Source: a virus
Lineage: Duplodnaviria; Caudoviricetes
Direction: 5' to 3' (one strand)
Length of the DNA: 64,000 nucleotides
Virus record (IMG/VR): IMGVR_UViG_3300032232_001415
Span: 90,653 to 154,652 of that record
Part shown: positions 44,536-55,551 of the stretch, piece by piece
How the letters are laid out: each line of letters starts with the position of its first letter
Position numbering within the stretch: the stretch's first letter is position 1
The notes under the pieces: model-generated
Database searches by the model: none
What the model saw: only the letters and a program-made list of their open reading frames with translations
What the model was told of the DNA's origin: nothing
Made by a program: the position numbers and the translations under genes

Positions 44536-47500
44536 TTATTGCTCCGGTATTAAATTGGGAACATCTTTACGAATTCCCGTGAAGCTCCAATAAAAGTTAA
44601 ATGGTCCACCGCTCTTACTTCTATACCCCTTAACTATAAACTTATTATTTTTTAAATCTATTTTATCCACATAAAGCATTTTATGATGACCATAATTAGT
44701 TAATTGAATACTAATATTTTCTTCATAAATTAAGTGTTTTAAATAATTTGGTAAGTAAACTTCACATATCCCTTTACTAAGCTTGTTCTTGCCCGTGAGC
44801 CTAACTCCATTATAAGGACTTTCTAATGATCCATACTGTAAATGAGAGTATCCAGACTCTGGATCTGGATGTTTAATTTTAAAGAATTTTTGCTCTGCAG
44901 TGATTACTTGGGAGGATACTCCTTCAGAAAATACTACATCTTTATTATCTAAGATATTCATCACAGACTGACCATCATCTACAGTAAATAATAAGCTGCT
45001 AGACCCTACCGTAGATGTTCCTGGTATATCTTTATTTAAAATAAATTTTTGACTATTCTTAGTAGCATAAATAGATATTCCATTAGTTAATACTGTTCCA
45101 TTAATAAATCCAGAAGCTCTAACAAATCGTATATTACCAAAATAGCCATCGCCAGTAGGAAGAGGTGTTTCTACTTTATATATTCCATTATAAATACTAC
45201 TATCAAAATTAGTAAATAATACCAAATCTCCTATAGCTATATTGGCCTGAGTCTCCCAAATAGAGAATAGTGTGCCTGCATTCCAACTAGTATTAGATAA
45301 TAAGTATGCAGGCAGAGAAATTGTGCTAACATGATTTACCGTAGTATTCGCTGCAGTATCAACAATATTAATACCACTAGAATTAATAGTCATATTAAAA
45401 GTATTTAAAAAACTGTTATTAACCCGAATCACACCTTCCTTGACTAATAAATCATTAACTGTTATCTTTGAGGAAGTAATATTATTATGATTATATAAGT
45501 TATAGGAATAAGAATTTTGTACAGCCAAGTCTCCGGATCCTAGAAGTGCCCAACCAGGCTTATATCCTGTGGGACTAAATGAGCTAGAATAAATTCCACC
45601 GACACCTCCTGGGCAATCACCCGGTGTCAGAGCTATAATGCCTCCATCACAGCAGTACCAGCCCTCTGGTCCGACTCCATTAGGGCATTCTGTAGTAAAA
45701 TTCTCTAATGCTACATAATATTGATTTTCAAACTTTACAACATCAGTTTTATTATAAAGAGCATTTTGATTCCATGTTGGTATATCATTCTTGCCTAATA
45801 TTGTAATATCTTTGAAGCTATTTAATCCATTAGTATTTAATCCACTAGTAAATAATCCACTGCCATTAACATGAAGATTTGCTGTTGGATTCGTTGTTCC
45901 TATACCAACTCTGCTATTAAAATATCCATATCCAGCATCAACATATAATCCATAATTATTTTTGCCATTATCTGCATATCCATAAAGACCAATATTGGTT
46001 CCAGATCCATTGCCACCAATAGTATAAGATGTAGCATTAAATCCAATATTAAGGCCTACTCCGGTTCTGGATATGAATGATTTTATAGCTTGGGGTTGAG
46101 AGTCATTATCATCAGCATAAACCCTTAATTTACCACCATTTGTCCATTCATTATATGATCCGATTATAGCGCCAATTCCAGTACTAACAACGTGTAATTG
46201 TCCGCTAGGGGTGGTGGTGCCTATGCCAACATTGGTTCCATTATCAAAAATTAAACTATTGTTTAATCCACTAGTATTGTTCCATCTAGATAAATATCCA
46301 CTTACTCCAGTTCCAGAAGCATATCCAAACGATCTATGATTCCCCCAATTATATGCAGAATTCCAATTAGAACTATTTCCACTTGTTGCTGTAATAATCC
46401 CACTAACATCAAGTTTTGATGCTGGAGTCTTTGATCCAGCATTTGGTCCTATATAAACTGAGTTATTAGTTCCAATCAGACTCAGTGTATCATATAAATT
46501 TATCACTCCATTAGTATGATCAATTAATAATCTATTATTATTTGTTATGCTATAGACATCAATGTCTAAACTAGGATCAGCCCCATAGGAATTGTTAATA
46601 GTAAGATTTTTTGTTAAAATCTCATTTGATTTGAAAACCCCATTAACAGTTAGGCGTTGATCAGGATTTTTTGTACCAATACCTATATTATCTCCGCTTT
46701 CATAAATAACGCTATTATTTAGTCCGTGTCCACCAGTTCCAAATTTTACTATATAATTTGCAGTTCCCGTTGGTAGCAATCCACTAACACTACTATTAAA
46801 ATCAGTAATATTTGATGAATTATGAGTATGGCCACTAATACTTACCCCAGTTCCCCCAACAGTTAATGCATTAGTAAAATTACCATCAAGTGCTGAAATA
46901 GAATTTTCAAATGTTGCAACACTTGGTCCAAAATTATACGCTTCACTACTTCCAAAATTTATACTTACTCCTCCACTATCATTTATTACATTAAGTGTTC
47001 CTTGATTATTAGTAAGATTAATACCATTAACAAAGTTATGAATTGCATTAACTGTTCTTGCATTATCCACATGTAAATATTGAGAGTGATCATCATCACC
47101 TAATCCGAATAAGCTGCCGTGATCATTCTGGCTAACTCCAGCAATAGTACTAATTACAGATACTCGTATATCAAGAATACTAAGCAAACTACATTTAGGA
47201 ACATTTGTATAATCGCTATCACCAGCAAATATTAGTCGATAAAGAGGTTTAACTTCGCTTAATGGAAGATTAGTAAGATTAACATCACTCCAAGAGTTAT
47301 TGCTCTCGGCCGATCCTTGATTGCTATCTACTCTCTGACCCATAATACTAATTATAGGATCATCAATCTGATTAGTTGCAAGAATCCATACTGCGAAGTA
47401 TCTTGTTGCTCCACCGGGACTAACATCTGGAGTTGTCCAAGTTCCACCGCTTAACAAGTTATATTGTGGTCCATTAGCACCATATTTAACAGGATAGTTT

Positions 47501-50172
47501 GTGGCGGTATTCTTAACCCATTGACCAGTGCTTCCTTGGTGATAGTAAACGGGAATTTGACCAGTTGGACTCAACTCTTGACAGAATGGATCAGTACTAG
47601 AACTATCAGTAATATTTATCTCAATATCTTCTTGATAAAGAGTACCATTACCAATTGATATAGTTGCATGAGTATTACTAGATCCATTACCACCTAATAC
47701 ATAATTATCAATACTCAAACCATCAACATATTGTGCGCCAAAAGTATTATGAATCCACTTATGGGTGCTGGTATCCATCACTATACCATGACGCTCTTCA
47801 GCAAAGAAAGACATTTGTCCACTAGGACCAACTCCACTATTCCAAGCTATATATGCAACAGGGATGTCGCTACTAAAATCAAAAGCTGTAGTTTTATTTG
47901 ATATTTGATTATTAACAGTATCAAAATGAATATAATTAATTTGAGTAAGATTAGGTATAGTTAAACTATCGCCACTAGTTTTAATAACTTTAATACCTTT
48001 ATTATAATAACTATATGAACTTCCTGTGGGTTCTATTCTAAATATATTTCCACTAACACTAATTCTACTATCAGTTCTATTTACAAATCCTTGAGGCTGT
48101 TTACTATCAACATGAACCAGATTAGTAGAAGCTATTGTATAAAGTCCACTATTATTAGTTATTGAAATATCATAACCAGCAGCTATTCCAGTAACTGGCA
48201 ATAATCCACTGACTCCACTAGCAAAATTACTAATATCAGATATAGTATGAGAATGGCCAGTAATACTAACGCCTGTCCCATTTAACTGTAAAACATTATT
48301 AAAATATCCACTATTACTATATAAATAAGAACTTTGTAATGTATTTAATCCGCTTGTGTAAGGATTTAATCCGATAATAGGATTACCACTTAATCCATTT
48401 CCACTACCAATTAATATATTGGATCCACTCGCAGAAATTATTCGAGTTGTTACTCCATTATTCCCTGTTGTTACTATAAATCCACTACTATTAATATTAC
48501 TTAAATTATATGCTAATCCTGTTAATCCAATAGTTAAATCATTAGTTAGATCTGATCCTCCGCCAAGACCGCTAGATGTGTTAATTTTTCTATTAGTTAA
48601 AACAACTCCAGTGCCATTAACACTAATTCCACTACTAAAAATACCACTGCTAGCTTTTAGATTTCCTGTAGATGTGATATTCTGAATCAAGTCCAAATTA
48701 CCACTTAAGCTTATAACTGGATTTCCAGACACTCCATCAGCATAACTAATATTTATATTATTTCCATTAGTTATATATCTAGTTACATAATTATTTATAC
48801 CAGTTTTAACAACAAATCCACTACTAGAACTAGAAATTTGAATTCCACTAGAATTGATATAAAGACCAGTACCATCCACATAAGATAGAGTGATTCCGGT
48901 TCCGGCAAGTAATGGAGTATTTACACACTCAGCAACACCAGTACAAAAATTATCTATAGTGCTATAAGACTGACGATGTCCACTTAATGATACTGGAGTC
49001 GCTGATCCTGTAGGACCAACAAAAAGACCACTAGTAAAATATCCAGTTAGAGCTACGATATTACCACTAACATTTACCTGATTCAAAAAAGTTTTAGTGC
49101 CAGATATATTTTGAAGTCCAGTTGTTCTTACAACACTACTATCTACAGCAATACTATCAGTACTAACAGATATACCATCGCCCTGGCCAATATCAAAAGT
49201 TTTATCAGAACTAAGACTTCCACCACCAACTAAACCGCTGCCAGCAGTAAATATAATTCCAGACAATGCCAAATTTTGAACATTATTTAATGATAGATCT
49301 AATTTAAAGTCACTAATACTTCTAGCTGATATTATTTCTCCTGAAACTGAAGGATTTCCACCAGTAAAAACAGGCACACTAGTAGCGACAACACCTGTTG
49401 ACGGAGCTTTATATTTTAGTTTTTTTCTCAAATCAAAAGTAGAATTTGTAACAGTACTATCAAATATCAGATCATGATTAGTTCCATCCCATTGCAAATA
49501 ACCGACATGAGTTCCATCAACAAAATAAAGTGACCCTGTGCCATTATTAAGTGTTTTAATTCTTAACTCACTGTTAGATCCATTATCAAATGTTTTAACT
49601 CCAGATATATTTTGATTGCCAGTACTATATACTAAATTAATAGGTAGTAATCCACTAACGCCACTTCCAAAATTTGTTATATCAGAAACAACATGACTAT
49701 GTCCACTTAAGGATACTGGTGTTGCGGCGTCTGGACTGCCAACATATAGTCCGCTAGTAAAATATCCTGTACCACTAACTACGTATTGATTACTTTGAAA
49801 AATTATCGGACCACTAGCAAGAATACTGGCAGCGGCACTTATATTCATTGTTCCATTAATAGTAAAATCTTTATCAGAAGTGATATAGTCAAATCGACCA
49901 CTAGGAGCAGATATTTGTCCACTAGAAATAACATTATCAAGAAATGTTTTAACTCCAGATATATTTTGATTGCCAGTACTATATACTAAGTTTATTGGTA
50001 ATAATCCACTAACTCCACTACCAAAATTAGTTATGTCAGCTACTAGATGGGTATGTCCACTCAAGCTAACTGGAACACTATTTACATATAATCCTGATGC
50101 AAAATTGCCACTATTATTAATAAATAGTGAGCCACTACCAGTTATGTTATTATTTTCGTAATTAATTGGCAT
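44536..50172 (-). CDS. Long fibre protein (1878 aa) with HxH repeats, a CBM5/12-like module and C-terminal KxFxIxHP domain
   Basis: SGHxH repeats, GNQxISGVKTF units, NVGIGT repeats, DHGSLFGLGDDDHSQY; C-terminal domain paralogous to that of 40232..41731. Confidence 0.85.
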   Translation of the reverse strand: MPINYENNNITGSGSLFINNSGNFASGLYVNSVPVSLSGHTHLVADITNFGSGVSGLLPINLVYSTGNQNISGVKTFLDNVISSGQISAPSGRFDYITSDKDFTINGTMNISAAASILASGPIIFQSNQYVVSGTGYFTSGLYVGSPDAATPVSLSGHSHVVSDITNFGSGVSGLLPINLVYSTGNQNISGVKTFDNGSNSELRIKTLNNGTGSLYFVDGTHVGYLQWDGTNHDLIFDSTVTNSTFDLRKKLKYKAPSTGVVATSVPVFTGGNPSVSGEIISARSISDFKLDLSLNNVQNLALSGIIFTAGSGLVGGGSLSSDKTFDIGQGDGISVSTDSIAVDSSVVRTTGLQNISGTKTFLNQVNVSGNIVALTGYFTSGLFVGPTGSATPVSLSGHRQSYSTIDNFCTGVAECVNTPLLAGTGITLSYVDGTGLYINSSGIQISSSSSGFVVKTGINNYVTRYITNGNNINISYADGVSGNPVISLSGNLDLIQNITSTGNLKASSGIFSSGISVNGTGVVLTNRKINTSSGLGGGSDLTNDLTIGLTGLAYNLSNINSSGFIVTTGNNGVTTRIISASGSNILIGSGNGLSGNPIIGLNPYTSGLNTLQSSYLYSNSGYFNNVLQLNGTGVSITGHSHTISDISNFASGVSGLLPVTGIAAGYDISITNNSGLYTIASTNLVHVDSKQPQGFVNRTDSRISVSGNIFRIEPTGSSYSYYNKGIKVIKTSGDSLTIPNLTQINYIHFDTVNNQISNKTTAFDFSSDIPVAYIAWNSGVGPSGQMSFFAEERHGIVMDTSTHKWIHNTFGAQYVDGLSIDNYVLGGNGSSNTHATISIGNGTLYQEDIEINITDSSSTDPFCQELSPTGQIPVYYHQGSTGQWVKNTATNYPVKYGANGPQYNLLSGGTWTTPDVSPGGATRYFAVWILATNQIDDPIISIMGQRVDSNQGSAESNNSWSDVNLTNLPLSEVKPLYRLIFAGDSDYTNVPKCSLLSILDIRVSVISTIAGVSQNDHGSLFGLGDDDHSQYLHVDNARTVNAIHNFVNGINLTNNQGTLNVINDSGGVSINFGSSEAYNFGPSVATFENSISALDGNFTNALTVGGTGVSISGHTHNSSNITDFNSSVSGLLPTGTANYIVKFGTGGHGLNNSVIYESGDNIGIGTKNPDQRLTVNGVFKSNEILTKNLTINNSYGADPSLDIDVYSITNNNRLLIDHTNGVINLYDTLSLIGTNNSVYIGPNAGSKTPASKLDVSGIITATSGNSSNWNSAYNWGNHRSFGYASGTGVSGYLSRWNNTSGLNNSLIFDNGTNVGIGTTTPSGQLHVVSTGIGAIIGSYNEWTNGGKLRVYADDNDSQPQAIKSFISRTGVGLNIGFNATSYTIGGNGSGTNIGLYGYADNGKNNYGLYVDAGYGYFNSRVGIGTTNPTANLHVNGSGLFTSGLNTNGLNSFKDITILGKNDIPTWNQNALYNKTDVVKFENQYYVALENFTTECPNGVGPEGWYCCDGGIIALTPGDCPGGVGGIYSSSFSPTGYKPGWALLGSGDLAVQNSYSYNLYNHNNITSSKITVNDLLVKEGVIRVNNSFLNTFNMTINSSGINIVDTAANTTVNHVSTISLPAYLLSNTSWNAGTLFSIWETQANIAIGDLVLFTNFDSSIYNGIYKVETPLPTGDGYFGNIRFVRASGFINGTVLTNGISIYATKNSQKFILNKDIPGTSTVGSSSLLFTVDDGQSVMNILDNKDVVFSEGVSSQVITAEQKFFKIKHPDPESGYSHLQYGSLESPYNGVRLTGKNKLSKGICEVYLPNYLKHLIYEENISIQLTNYGHHKMLYVDKIDLKNNKFIVKGYRSKSGGPFNFYWSFTGIRKDVPNLIPEQ
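49588..49989. repeat. Intragenic direct repeat with 48 bp identical at 49588-49635 and 49942-49989
   Basis: aaatgttttaactccagatatattttgattgccagtactatatactaa occurs twice, within a duplicated peptide of about 40 aa. Confidence 0.9.
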
Positions 50173-50177
50173 TATTT

Positions 50178-51176
50178 TTACTCTGGATAAAATTTATTAA
50201 ATGCTGATATGTCTGCTGTAGTAATTTGATATTCATTTCCCATTATTTCTATTGCTTTAGATATTACGGGTATAATACCATCTTGAAACACACCATCAGC
50301 AATACCGTCCCAATCAGGATTAGTCGTGCTCCCACTCCAAGATGACATATAAATTAAGTTATTATTTATGATAGTAAATACTGGATGACTAGAAGATCCA
50401 ACTCTAATTTCTCCAGAAAACATGGTATATATTTGCTTATCTTTAAAATAGGTGCTGCCAGCATAAAATTTTGCAAGAAAGAGGTCTTGTGACCCATTAA
50501 TACAAGCAGTATAAATAAATTTTCCTTTAGTTAATCTTTTATCTATTTTATGATAAAATTTAGGCATTAATGGATAATATTTAATATTATCATTTGCAGT
50601 AATAGGATTATTTAGTTTAATTATACTAAATTCATTATTTGGATATGGAGTTGATTGAGTATATATATAATTATTGTCATAATTACGTATCCCATTAGGA
50701 GTAATGCGTAGTCCAGTAACAACTGTTCTTTCAATAGTTTCATTATTTTTATTAATAAATTTAATTTTGCTATTTAATGGAGCAGCATAATGATTAACAC
50801 CAATAGCATACTGTGGATTGATTAGTGTACAGCATTGAGCTTCAATACCATAAGGATATCCTATGGGAAAAATTAATTTTGCACCATCATTATATGACAA
50901 TCCATATTTTACTTCTGTGTTTCTATTATATGCAGAATGATCAAGATTCAGAGATATTCCTGTCAAATCTAGTCCAGAATGAACAGAATTTAATCTCATT
51001 AGCCAATTCCCGGTATTTCTTATATATGTATCTGTTCCAGTATTTTTTACAGAATAAATACTTAATCTTACAGAAGCATCTCCGCTACTAATATTCAAGT
51101 GTTCAATAAAAGATTCATTTATATTTTTTTGTAAAGAATTTTCTTTAGTATTTTTTTCTAAATATAAATATGTCAT
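50178..51176 (-). CDS. Trypsin-like serine protease-fold protein with atypical triad
   Basis: CTLINPQYAIGVNHY (His motif), NEFSIIKL (Glu at the Asp position), VGSSSHPVF (GDSG-like). Confidence 0.6.
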   Translation of the reverse strand: MTYLYLEKNTKENSLQKNINESFIEHLNISSGDASVRLSIYSVKNTGTDTYIRNTGNWLMRLNSVHSGLDLTGISLNLDHSAYNRNTEVKYGLSYNDGAKLIFPIGYPYGIEAQCCTLINPQYAIGVNHYAAPLNSKIKFINKNNETIERTVVTGLRITPNGIRNYDNNYIYTQSTPYPNNEFSIIKLNNPITANDNIKYYPLMPKFYHKIDKRLTKGKFIYTACINGSQDLFLAKFYAGSTYFKDKQIYTMFSGEIRVGSSSHPVFTIINNNLIYMSSWSGSTTNPDWDGIADGVFQDGIIPVISKAIEIMGNEYQITTADISAFNKFYPE

Positions 51177-53885
51177 TTATAAAGTACCACTATTTGAGTT
51201 TTGTATAATATTAAGTTCACATGTCCATTTTATACTTGATCCATTTTTCCCAAAAGCCTCAAGCTGTAATGCATTATCAGAGTCATTTGCTGTTATTGAC
51301 ACATAAATATTTTCTATTTCAGGTTCTGTCCAACTTTCTTTAATAAAACTACCAATTAATTTAGTTTCATTAGAATGATTTCTTCTGATTCCACCTCTAA
51401 TATTAAAAGCAGCACCATATCCATTGATATAGTCATATGCACTAATTTGTCCATAAAATGCCCAAGTTGTTTCAGCTGGTACTAAAAATATATTATTGTT
51501 AGATACAGGATTTCCATCTAGTGTTAATATACACGAATTATCATCAATCGTAACTCCTCTAGCTAAATATGTTATTTTTTGCGAATCTCCATCGTATTGA
51601 AATTTCCCGTTACTATATGACATCTGACCGCTATTACTTATTAATGCATTATTACCTATAGCAATAGAATTATTTGATGATAAAGAAGATGAGTTATTTC
51701 CAATAATAAAAGATTCTGATGAATCTTTAAACTTGTTATTCGATCCAAAACAGAAAAAATTATATGATGAGAGGTAAGGATTCGCCTGTCCGAGCATTAC
51801 GAGCAGATCATATGTTCCATAACCATCATTAAAATTACCGATGATAACATTATTTAAACCAGTACCAATATTATTGGTGCTCATGTTACTAGGATCAAGT
51901 ATTATTCCAGGATGAGAATTTATTTCAAAAGCAATACCTCCAGTAGCATATATATGATTGCCATAAATATCTACAAGATGCGCATCTCTAGCAAATATAT
52001 CTCCTTGCATATTTCTTAATACCATAGTATCACCAACTGGCAATACGCTAGAATCTGCAGATATTTCTAAGATATTATCTTCTTCATGAAAAGTTAAAAA
52101 TATTCCTGTTCCAGCAGTTAAGAAAATTTTATTAGTATCTCCAATTAATCCTATAGAATTAGTAAATAAGTTTTCGAAAATACCTTCATTAGCTGTTATC
52201 CCACTGGTAAAAATACCACTAAAAGAATTTAAATTACTAATTTGTAAATTGCCATAAGTTCCAGCACTATAATTTCCACTATTATTTGTTGGAGTGCCAC
52301 TACTAAGCATCACAAATTGATTAGCACTAGTATCCCAGCCCATAAAAGCAGCTAATCCAGACCCTCTTATGAGAGCTAGTCCTCTATCAAAGGAATCTGT
52401 CGCTATAAGATTACCACTAGATAAACCTAGAGTAATAATTGGATCTTCTACTGTCATAGTATCTACATTATTGGTTACTGTCGTGCCATTAACAGTTAAG
52501 TTTCCATCAATCTTTAAGGATCCTCCAATATCAATATTAGATCCACTAACAACTAATTTATTATAGAAATTTGCATAATTAGTTTCAGTATTAATATGTA
52601 AATTATGACTATCAATATATATATATTCATCATCAGTAAAAACAGCTGAAGAAGTATCTAAACGACCGAACATACCAGAATCTGCAACAACACTTCCAGA
52701 TACTTGTAGTTCATAAACAGGATTTGTAAATCCAATACCAATATTATTATTTTTTTGATATATTATACTATTACTTAGTCCGCTACCATTAATCCATCTT
52801 GGTATAAATCCGGAATATATTGATCCTATACCTGTCCCTTTAATAAATCCGCTAATTCCACTACCAAAATCTTTAATATCAGATAGCATATGCGAATGTC
52901 CAATCAAACTAACTCCTGTATTACCAACTGTTAATGCGGTAAAAGAACCGCTATTTGAAGAAAAGTTAACATCAAAAGTTGCTAGTGTAGGACCTAGGGC
53001 ATAGTTTTCAGAGCCAACATCAATTCTTAAGGCTCCGTTATCATTCTGTAATGTAATATTTCCAAATCCATTATTAAATTGTAAATAATCATTAAAATTT
53101 TTATTACCAGAAATATTTTGATTACCAGAAGTATAAACAATATTAAAAGAATCCAAGTTTGTTATTGCACCAGCACCGCCACCAACGGAACTAATAGTTA
53201 TAGTGTTTGTGTTTTCGTCATATCCGATGAGTGTTCCAGTACCTCCAACGATATTTAGCGTATCGTTGGTAGAATAGTTGATATAAACATGCTTACCATC
53301 CCCTATTTTTAAAACATGATCATGCACCAATGGCGAATATGATCCTATCGGTTGTTTGCTAGCTAATTGATTGATTAATCCACTAATATCTGATATATTA
53401 TGCTTATGGCCAATAAGAGTATAATTACCAGTTGGTTGTTTTCCACTAAGAGCAGTTTGTAATCCAGAAATGTGCGATATGCTATGATAATGTAATCCTG
53501 ATGCATAGTTTCCCGTAGCTTGAGGAACGTATCCTAAACCACCAACAATTATAGGATAATTTAATGAGTTTGGATCAAGTGACGTGTCTATAGTTATCGT
53601 ATTAGTTGCATCATTAAATGATACTGTGGTATCACCAGATCCTACTATATTCAATCTTTCATCAAGAGTAAAAATTAAAGAAGTAACATATCCATCTCCT
53701 ATTGAAACTGGCAAGCCACTTAGATTACCAAATAAATATGGCAGATCTCTCCAGTTTGAAACTCCGTCTCCTATCTTAACTCTATTAGAATTAGACTCTA
53801 CTGCCGGTTCTCCTGTTCCTAGTACAGGATTATTAGCATACCATTGCTGATAAGAGTCTCTGCGTAATCTTATTCTTTCTTTCAT
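51177..53885 (-). CDS. Fibre protein with Mtd_N / hyaluronidase-type N-terminal domain and HxH repeats
   Basis: RIRLRRD...W...NPVLGTGEPAVE...KIGDGVSNWRDLPY; HYHSISHISGL and HKHNISDISGL repeats; short IGNN beta-roll near the C-terminus. Confidence 0.85.
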   Translation of the reverse strand: MKERIRLRRDSYQQWYANNPVLGTGEPAVESNSNRVKIGDGVSNWRDLPYLFGNLSGLPVSIGDGYVTSLIFTLDERLNIVGSGDTTVSFNDATNTITIDTSLDPNSLNYPIIVGGLGYVPQATGNYASGLHYHSISHISGLQTALSGKQPTGNYTLIGHKHNISDISGLINQLASKQPIGSYSPLVHDHVLKIGDGKHVYINYSTNDTLNIVGGTGTLIGYDENTNTITISSVGGGAGAITNLDSFNIVYTSGNQNISGNKNFNDYLQFNNGFGNITLQNDNGALRIDVGSENYALGPTLATFDVNFSSNSGSFTALTVGNTGVSLIGHSHMLSDIKDFGSGISGFIKGTGIGSIYSGFIPRWINGSGLSNSIIYQKNNNIGIGFTNPVYELQVSGSVVADSGMFGRLDTSSAVFTDDEYIYIDSHNLHINTETNYANFYNKLVVSGSNIDIGGSLKIDGNLTVNGTTVTNNVDTMTVEDPIITLGLSSGNLIATDSFDRGLALIRGSGLAAFMGWDTSANQFVMLSSGTPTNNSGNYSAGTYGNLQISNLNSFSGIFTSGITANEGIFENLFTNSIGLIGDTNKIFLTAGTGIFLTFHEEDNILEISADSSVLPVGDTMVLRNMQGDIFARDAHLVDIYGNHIYATGGIAFEINSHPGIILDPSNMSTNNIGTGLNNVIIGNFNDGYGTYDLLVMLGQANPYLSSYNFFCFGSNNKFKDSSESFIIGNNSSSLSSNNSIAIGNNALISNSGQMSYSNGKFQYDGDSQKITYLARGVTIDDNSCILTLDGNPVSNNNIFLVPAETTWAFYGQISAYDYINGYGAAFNIRGGIRRNHSNETKLIGSFIKESWTEPEIENIYVSITANDSDNALQLEAFGKNGSSIKWTCELNIIQNSNSGTL

Positions 53886-55261
53886 AATTTTTTAACTCCA
53901 AAAATACCACTTATGTTACCATCAGGAGTTAATAGATTACCCGTAGTCCAAACTTCATCAGTTATAGGATTTTTCATTATAAAATCAGTAATAATATTAT
54001 ATGAACTTTTATTGATAGTATGTCTTTCTCCTATTTCAAAATAGTCTTCTTTAATTAATCCTTCTCCACTCGAAAAGACATTAACAAAGTCAGTATCTAG
54101 ATATGTTTTTCTAATTTCATTACTAATTTTAATACCACCAATCATATTACCTGTCCATGCGACATATGGAGGGACATTATAAAAGGTTGGAAAAAATGCT
54201 GGTCTATATGAATTTATTGAACCTACTGTATTTGTGTATATATAATTTCCATCAGAATCTCTTGAAGATAAAGGATTCGCGCCTCCATAATGTTCCCATT
54301 CTTGTAGTACTCCTGATGCTACTGTTGCACCTAGGTAGTTATAAGGACTAGGACTGTCTGTATATAAATAAGGTAAAATTCTAGTATAATTACCTATCCA
54401 ATAATTAGGGTCTGATCCACTATTATTAATTAATGTTATATCGTCATAACAAACTGTTCCATAATTATATGTACTATTTGTTTGCAATGTTTCATTTATT
54501 TTTAAATTATAGAATTTAATATTATCAAAATAAAAATTATTAATTGGAAAATTATAGTCGCCAAAATTATTAATAATAATTTCTATTCCTTCTAATTTTA
54601 AAACTAAAAAACTATTATTTTTATTGGTCCTATCAATTAAAAATTCAAAATGATTAAATCTTTGAACACTAAATTGTTGTTGAGTTTGATAACATAGCGT
54701 TAAAGTACTATTATTTGCATTTGTTGGAGGAGTTATATAGTAGTTTCCTACATCAGACCTAAGATCAAAAGTGCCAAGGATATTTCCACTTTGTTTAATT
54801 CTTAATCCTAAACCATCATCTTCGGATGGCCATGACATATATGTCTCTCCAACAACTCTAACAATTTCAACTGTAAGTTCTTCTTTATTACCAGAACAAA
54901 AACTAATAATTTTATTCTCATAAGGAAATGAAGTTAATTCTATAGGAGCATGAGTGAATCCTCTTGCTCTAAATCCAAGATATATTTTATCACTATCTAA
55001 ATTACCAATTCCACTAAGCTGAATAGGGGTTTGTAATCTATTTTGATTACTATTAATATTAACTCCACTTAAAAGAATAAACCCTTGTGTCGCTTCATAT
55101 GGAAAATACTGATCAGCAATAGCATTATTTGTGACCATATATGGATTAAAAGAATATTTTGGACCAATATTACTCTGTGGTCTTGACCAATATTTTGGAT
55201 CAAGAAAAACATTTTTATTAGTATTACTAATATTAAATCCTTCAAAAAATAATGTACTCAT
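53882..55261 (-). CDS. Hypothetical beta-rich virion protein
   Basis: 459 aa, translationally coupled to both neighbours inside the structural block. Confidence 0.6.
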   Translation of the reverse strand: MSTLFFEGFNISNTNKNVFLDPKYWSRPQSNIGPKYSFNPYMVTNNAIADQYFPYEATQGFILLSGVNINSNQNRLQTPIQLSGIGNLDSDKIYLGFRARGFTHAPIELTSFPYENKIISFCSGNKEELTVEIVRVVGETYMSWPSEDDGLGLRIKQSGNILGTFDLRSDVGNYYITPPTNANNSTLTLCYQTQQQFSVQRFNHFEFLIDRTNKNNSFLVLKLEGIEIIINNFGDYNFPINNFYFDNIKFYNLKINETLQTNSTYNYGTVCYDDITLINNSGSDPNYWIGNYTRILPYLYTDSPSPYNYLGATVASGVLQEWEHYGGANPLSSRDSDGNYIYTNTVGSINSYRPAFFPTFYNVPPYVAWTGNMIGGIKISNEIRKTYLDTDFVNVFSSGEGLIKEDYFEIGERHTINKSSYNIITDFIMKNPITDEVWTTGNLLTPDGNISGIFGVKKL

Positions 55262-55551
55262 TATATATTCTCTCTATTATATGATAATATATCAATATAA
55301 GTGCTTGTAATATTCAGTTGATTATTAATTTTATTAAAACTTAAAATATCTAATAATCCAAAAGACATATTAAGATTAGTAGTATTTTTAGAATATGATG
55401 CTATATCTATTAAAGAATATGTATGATTAAGTTGATCTGTGGATTTTGAAAATGAAAAAATTTCTAAACTTGAGAATGTATGATTTAAATTTTCCCAAGT
55501 ATTTCCTGTTGTTCTGGATATTGGTCCAAAAAAAGTAGGTAAAAATGTCAT
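55261..55551 (-). CDS. Small protein of four tandem 19-aa repeats
   Basis: ENLNHTFSSLEIFSFSKST / DQLNHTYSLIDIASYSKNT / TNLNMSFGLLDILSFNKIN / NQLNITSTYIDILSYNREN. Confidence 0.65.
   Translation of the reverse strand: MTFLPTFFGPISRTTGNTWENLNHTFSSLEIFSFSKSTDQLNHTYSLIDIASYSKNTTNLNMSFGLLDILSFNKINNQLNITSTYIDILSYNRENI

Noticed and set aside
40232-53885. Diversity-generating retroelement suggested by Mtd_N-like domains
   Set aside because: No reverse transcriptase and no template/variable repeat pair with adenine-specific mismatches seen in the window; Mtd_N is a common fibre anchor domain.
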